DNA of 64,000 bases from Flavobacterium sp. (GTDB taxonomy: Bacteria > Bacteroidota > Bacteroidia > Flavobacteriales > Flavobacteriaceae). This document shows, one piece after another, positions 60,095 to 64,000 of this stretch; the stretch's first letter is position 1, and every line of letters begins with the position of its first letter. The translations under genes and the position numbers were made by a program. The notes beneath the pieces are model-generated. The model saw only the letters and a list, made by a program, of their open reading frames with translations. It was not told the origin of the DNA and did no database searches. The stretch lies in NCBI RefSeq assembly GCF_036405015.1, contig NZ_DASWYK010000243.1:3704-67703 (forward strand), in the 5' to 3' direction.

Positions 60095-60856
60095 ATGAAA
60101 ATTATTTCTTATAATGTAAACGGAATTAGAGCCGCAATAAACAAGGGTTTTATTGAGTGGCTGAAACAAGCAAATCCTGATGTAATCTGTCTTCAGGAAA
60201 TAAAAGCTACTCAGGATCAAATTCCGGTTGACGATATAACGGCAGCTGGTTATCCTTTTCAATATTATTATCCTGCTACTAAAAAAGGCTACAGCGGAGT
60301 AGCTATTCTTTCTAAAACAAAGCCAAATAATATTGTTTACGGAACAGGAATTCATCATATGGATTTTGAAGGTCGAAATCTTCGTGCCGATTTTGACGAT
60401 GTTTCTGTGATGAGTTTATACCTTCCATCTGGAACGAATATCGAAAGATTAGACCATAAGTTTATGTTTATGGATGATTTTCAGAATTATATTAATGAAT
60501 TGAAAATTACGATTCCGAATTTGATTATTTGCGGTGATTACAATATCTGTCACGAAGCAATCGATATTCATGACCCAGTTCGCAACAAAACCGTTTCTGG
60601 ATTTCTTCCGGCTGAACGCGCTTGGTTAGATGCTTTTATGAAATCGGGATTTATTGATAGTTTCCGTCATTTTAATAAAGAGCCACATCATTATTCTTGG
60701 TGGAGTTACCGTGCAGGAGCAAGAGGAAATAACAAAGGCTGGCGTATTGACTACAATTTGGTGAGCAATGCATTAGAAAACAGATTAAAAAGAGCTGTTA
60801 TACTACCAGATGCTATGCATTCAGATCATTGTCCGATTTTAGTTGAGATTGACTAA
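60095..60856 (+). CDS. xth: Exodeoxyribonuclease III
   Basis: SYNVNGIR, LQEIK, GYSGVA, GDYN, WRIDY, SDHCP. Confidence 0.97.
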   Translation: MKIISYNVNGIRAAINKGFIEWLKQANPDVICLQEIKATQDQIPVDDITAAGYPFQYYYPATKKGYSGVAILSKTKPNNIVYGTGIHHMDFEGRNLRADFDDVSVMSLYLPSGTNIERLDHKFMFMDDFQNYINELKITIPNLIICGDYNICHEAIDIHDPVRNKTVSGFLPAERAWLDAFMKSGFIDSFRHFNKEPHHYSWWSYRAGARGNNKGWRIDYNLVSNALENRLKRAVILPDAMHSDHCPILVEID

Positions 60857-60981
60857 TTTTTGGTATTGTTCTTGCAGAGAAGAATTTCAGTTCTAAAAAT
60901 GACTGGAATTTAGAATTTCCTAAATTGCTTTTTAGACGAAAAAAGATTTATTAAACGCCCCAGAAATAAAAACAAAGAAAG

Positions 60982-61926
60982 ATGATAAAAAAAGCCTCCA
61001 TCGGATTGCTGGCATTAGCCTTGTCCACGACGTCTTGTGTTTCAAAGAAGATTTACAATGACTTAGAAACAAAGTATTCAGATTTGAAAAAAGAAAATCG
61101 TTCGATTACAGATGAAAATGAAAATCTGAAGAAAGCAAAAAATCAATTAGAGTTAGATCGTGATAAACTGACTAAAGATTTGGCGAGTACTAAAGATGAG
61201 TTGGCAAAGCAAAAAGCTGATCTTGCAGCTGAACAAAAGAAATATAAAGTTTTACAGGATTCTTATAATGCATTAGAGAAAAACAGCAACGACGCATTGG
61301 AGAAAAACCTAGCTAAAAACCGTGAATTGTTAGCGCAGTTAGAAGCAAAAGGTAAAGCTCTAGCAGAAGAACAAGCTCGTTTGGACAAAACAGCAAGTCG
61401 TTTGAAAGAATTGGAAGATATGATTGCGGCTAAAGAAGAAGCAATGCGTAAACTGAAAGAAACTTTATCTAAAGCCTTAACCGGTTTTGAAGGTAAAGGT
61501 TTAACAGTAGAACACAAAAACGGAAAAGTTTATGTTTCTATGGAAAACAAATTACTTTTCAATTCAGGAAGCTGGGCTGTTGGATCAGAAGGTAGAAAAG
61601 CGGTTGTAGAACTTGGAAAAGTCTTAGGTGACAATCCAGATCTTTCTGTTTTAATTGAAGGACATACAGATGATGATCCGTATGCAGGTTCAGGACCAAT
61701 TGCAAATAACTGGGATTTATCTACTAAAAGAGCCACTGCAATCGTAGCGATTTTAAGTGAAAACCCAAAAATCAATAAACAAAAACTAACAGCAGCGGGT
61801 AGAAGCGAATTTTCTCCTTTGGCAAGCAACGCAACTCCAGAAGGAAAAGCAAAAAACCGAAGAATCGAAATCATCTTGACGCCAAGATTGGATGAGATTG
61901 CTGAGATGTTGAATAGCATAAACTAA
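60982..61926 (+). CDS. Coiled-coil lipoprotein with OmpA/MotB peptidoglycan-binding domain
   Basis: STTSC lipobox; IEGHTD, NWDLSTKRA, NRRIEI. Confidence 0.9.
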   Translation: MIKKASIGLLALALSTTSCVSKKIYNDLETKYSDLKKENRSITDENENLKKAKNQLELDRDKLTKDLASTKDELAKQKADLAAEQKKYKVLQDSYNALEKNSNDALEKNLAKNRELLAQLEAKGKALAEEQARLDKTASRLKELEDMIAAKEEAMRKLKETLSKALTGFEGKGLTVEHKNGKVYVSMENKLLFNSGSWAVGSEGRKAVVELGKVLGDNPDLSVLIEGHTDDDPYAGSGPIANNWDLSTKRATAIVAILSENPKINKQKLTAAGRSEFSPLASNATPEGKAKNRRIEIILTPRLDEIAEMLNSIN

Positions 61927-62185
61927 GGGACAGAGGTTCTAAGGTGCAAAGGCTCAAAGGTTTTTACTTTTGAGCCTTTTTTAATTTACAATTTCTGGAA
62001 TTGTAATCCTGCAAGGTTTTTAAAACCTTGTAGGTTTAGCTTGTGTTTGGATTGAACTTATAAATACCTACAAGGTTTTGAAAACCTTGCAGGAAGGCGT
62101 AAAAATCTTGTACTTTTTTTAACCTTTCTCACATTTCTATTTGAAAAATCCCTTTGTACCTTTGTCTCTTTGCAACTTTGAACCT
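61926..62185. repeat. Nested repeat: 8-nt-period arms enclosing a palindrome doublet
   Basis: Outer arms 61926-61960 / 62152-62185; inner palindromes 62008-62034 and 62067-62093. Confidence 0.85.
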
Positions 62186-62195
62186 AAAGAAAAAA

Positions 62196-63233
62196 ATGAA
62201 ATACACTACATTACCTAACACCGATATAAAAGTTAGTAAAATCTGTCTTGGAACGATGACTTTCGGACAACAAAATACAGAAGCAGAAGGACACGAACAA
62301 ATGGATTATGCTCTTGAAAGAGGCGTAAACTTTTTTGATACAGCCGAAATGTATTCGGTTCCAGCGAGTGAGGCGACTTACGGAAGCACAGAAAAAATTA
62401 TTGGAACCTGGTTTAAAAAATCAGGAAACAGAGATAAAGTTATTTTAGCATCTAAAATTGCAGGTCCAAATCCGAATTTTGGGTATATGCGTGAGAAACT
62501 AGATTTTTCTCCAGCAAGTATTAAATATGCAGTTGAAAATAGTTTAAAAAGGTTGCAAACCGATTATATCGATTTATATCAAATGCATTGGCCAGAAAGA
62601 AAAACGAATAATTTTGGAACGCGCGCATTCCACGGACATGATGATGTTTGGGAAGATAATTTCAGAGAGATTTTAGAAACTTTCGACGGATTAATCAAAG
62701 AAGGTAAAATCAAACATATTGGGGTTTCAAATGAAAATGCTTGGGGAATGATGCGTCTTTTGGAAGAAAGCAAATACAACAATCTACCAAGAATCAAAAC
62801 CGTTCAAAATCCGTATTCTTTACTGAATCGTTTGTTTGAAGTGAATTCTGCAGAAGTTTCAAAATACGAAAATGTTGGTTTACTTGGATATTCACCTTTA
62901 GCCTTCGGAGTTTTGACTGGAAAGTTCTTAACTGGAGAAGCTCACCCGAAAGCGAGAATTAATCTTTTTCCGCAATACAAACGTTACAATAGCGACCAAT
63001 GTACCGAAGCGACGAAATTGTATCAGGAAATCGCTAAAAAACATGGTTTAACACTAACGCAATTGGCAATGGGATTTGTGTTACAACAGCCATTCTTGAC
63101 CAGTGCGATTATTGGAGCAACCACTTTGGAACAATTAAAAGAAAACATCGATACAATAGATGTTGTTCTTTCTAAACAAATTTTAGCAGAAATTGATGCA
63201 GTTCAGGCTATAATTCCTGATCCGGCGCCTTAA
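62196..63233 (+). CDS. Aldo/keto reductase (Tas-like)
   Basis: CLGTMTFG, FDTAEMY, YIDLYQMHWP, QNPYSLLNR. Confidence 0.95.
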   Translation: MKYTTLPNTDIKVSKICLGTMTFGQQNTEAEGHEQMDYALERGVNFFDTAEMYSVPASEATYGSTEKIIGTWFKKSGNRDKVILASKIAGPNPNFGYMREKLDFSPASIKYAVENSLKRLQTDYIDLYQMHWPERKTNNFGTRAFHGHDDVWEDNFREILETFDGLIKEGKIKHIGVSNENAWGMMRLLEESKYNNLPRIKTVQNPYSLLNRLFEVNSAEVSKYENVGLLGYSPLAFGVLTGKFLTGEAHPKARINLFPQYKRYNSDQCTEATKLYQEIAKKHGLTLTQLAMGFVLQQPFLTSAIIGATTLEQLKENIDTIDVVLSKQILAEIDAVQAIIPDPAP

Positions 63234-63254
63234 ATTCTTAAATCAAATAAAAAC

Positions 63255-63290
63255 AAAATCCCGATAACAACTAGTTATCGGGATTTTTTT
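63255..63290. terminator. Bidirectional terminator
   Basis: aaaatcccgataac / gttatcgggatttt. Confidence 0.85.
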
Positions 63291-63300
63291 TGAATAAGAA

Positions 63301-63924
63301 TTAATAATACATCACCAATAAAATTTTCTTTTTAGAATTATCAATTAGTTTTTCAATAACGCCAAAGAACTTTTCGTTTACCATTGGACATCCCAAACTA
63401 TTGCAAATTGGATAAGGTTGTTCTTCAAACGGAATGTCAACATACTTGTGCAGTACAATGTTACGGTCAAAAGCATTACTGTTGGTTTTATCCAGACCAT
63501 ACAATTTATATGCTTTTCCAAATGTTCCTATGTAAGATCCGCCAATAGAATATTTACCTAGTGAACTGCAATTGGAGTTTTTGACATTGCTGAATTTTAA
63601 TTCTCCATAGATTCCAGTTTCTGAGCCGGAGCCATGTCCAACCAAACCTTTATCTAGCAATTTGTTGTGTTTCAAATCATAAATAAAAAACCGATTTCTT
63701 CCAGATTCTATCCTCATATCTAAAAAGAAGGCAACATCTGAATTGTATTTCGGAGATTTCCCCAAGAAGCTCCTGATTTCAGCTATTTCACTTTTTAATT
63801 TCTCTTCATAAGAGTAAATCGGTTTTGAATTTTTAGTGTGTATTTTTTTCTCTTTTTTATTTTCGCAGCTTAAACAGATAAATGGAATTGCCACAAACAG
63901 CAGAAAGAAGATTTTCTTTTTCAT
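63301..63924 (-). CDS. L,D-transpeptidase catalytic-domain lipoprotein (YkuD_2 type)
   Basis: ICLSC lipobox; VGHGSG, SSLG, IVLH...SLGCP. Confidence 0.9.
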   Translation of the reverse strand: MKKKIFFLLFVAIPFICLSCENKKEKKIHTKNSKPIYSYEEKLKSEIAEIRSFLGKSPKYNSDVAFFLDMRIESGRNRFFIYDLKHNKLLDKGLVGHGSGSETGIYGELKFSNVKNSNCSSLGKYSIGGSYIGTFGKAYKLYGLDKTNSNAFDRNIVLHKYVDIPFEEQPYPICNSLGCPMVNEKFFGVIEKLIDNSKKKILLVMYY

Positions 63925-63933
63925 TGTTAATTC

Positions 63934-64000
63934 TTATTTCTCAACAGTATAGCCTTTTACTTTAGCGAAAGCCAAAATAGAAGAGTTTATCGTGTTTCCT
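63934..64000 (-). CDS. 3' end of a gene entering from beyond the window
   Basis: Minus-strand frame reads GNTINSSILAFAKVKGYTVEK-stop, just upstream of the next gene. Confidence 0.55.
   Translation of the reverse strand, partial: GNTINSSILAFAKVKGYTVEK

Noticed and set aside
60982-61926. Flagellar MotB
   Set aside because: Lipobox rather than TM helix and no motA neighbour; a generic OmpA-like peptidoglycan-binding lipoprotein
3686-62185. CRISPR array
   Set aside because: Repeats are short-period or inverted, with no regularly spaced 25-45-nt direct repeats, no unique spacers and no cas genes
758-62797. Many short ORFs antisense to or overlapping clear genes (e.g. 2668-2856, 3151-3618, 10987-11412, 29319-29699, 61530-61919)
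   Set aside because: Shadow frames of well-supported CDS with no motifs or independent signals

Overview
AT-rich chromosomal window from a Flavobacterium-like Bacteroidota; the assignment rests on TAnnTTTG promoter elements, Gln-after-signal-peptide proteins and typical gene content. About 57 CDS are supported, two of them cut by the window edges. Housekeeping and metabolic genes (scoAB, dinB, class I fumarase, ogt, ssb, ftnA, metG, serS, lgt, rsmA, mgtE, proC, nhaA, xth, an OlsF-like acyltransferase) alternate with accessory islands. I found no rRNA, tRNA, CRISPR array, transposase or integrase. The most notable observations are: (1) a stand-alone exported protein resembling only the first periplasmic (D1) domain of the gliding/T9SS rotor GldM; (2) a tiny Lys/Cys-rich gene beside ferritin whose promoter overlaps a Fur-box-like palindrome, a possible Bfd analogue; (3) four paralogues of an uncharacterised ~480-aa secreted family bracketing a CAT/HAD/DMT/flotillin-NfeD block; (4) an HExxH toxin-like gene with candidate immunity partners, plus an apparently degenerate TNT NADase-fold protein; (5) a pervasive grammar of intergenic inverted repeats built from 6-9-nt tandem units, which nest, swap arms, bracket lgt and carry micro-insertions. 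Family assignments come from motif recognition and recalled sequences, not database searches.
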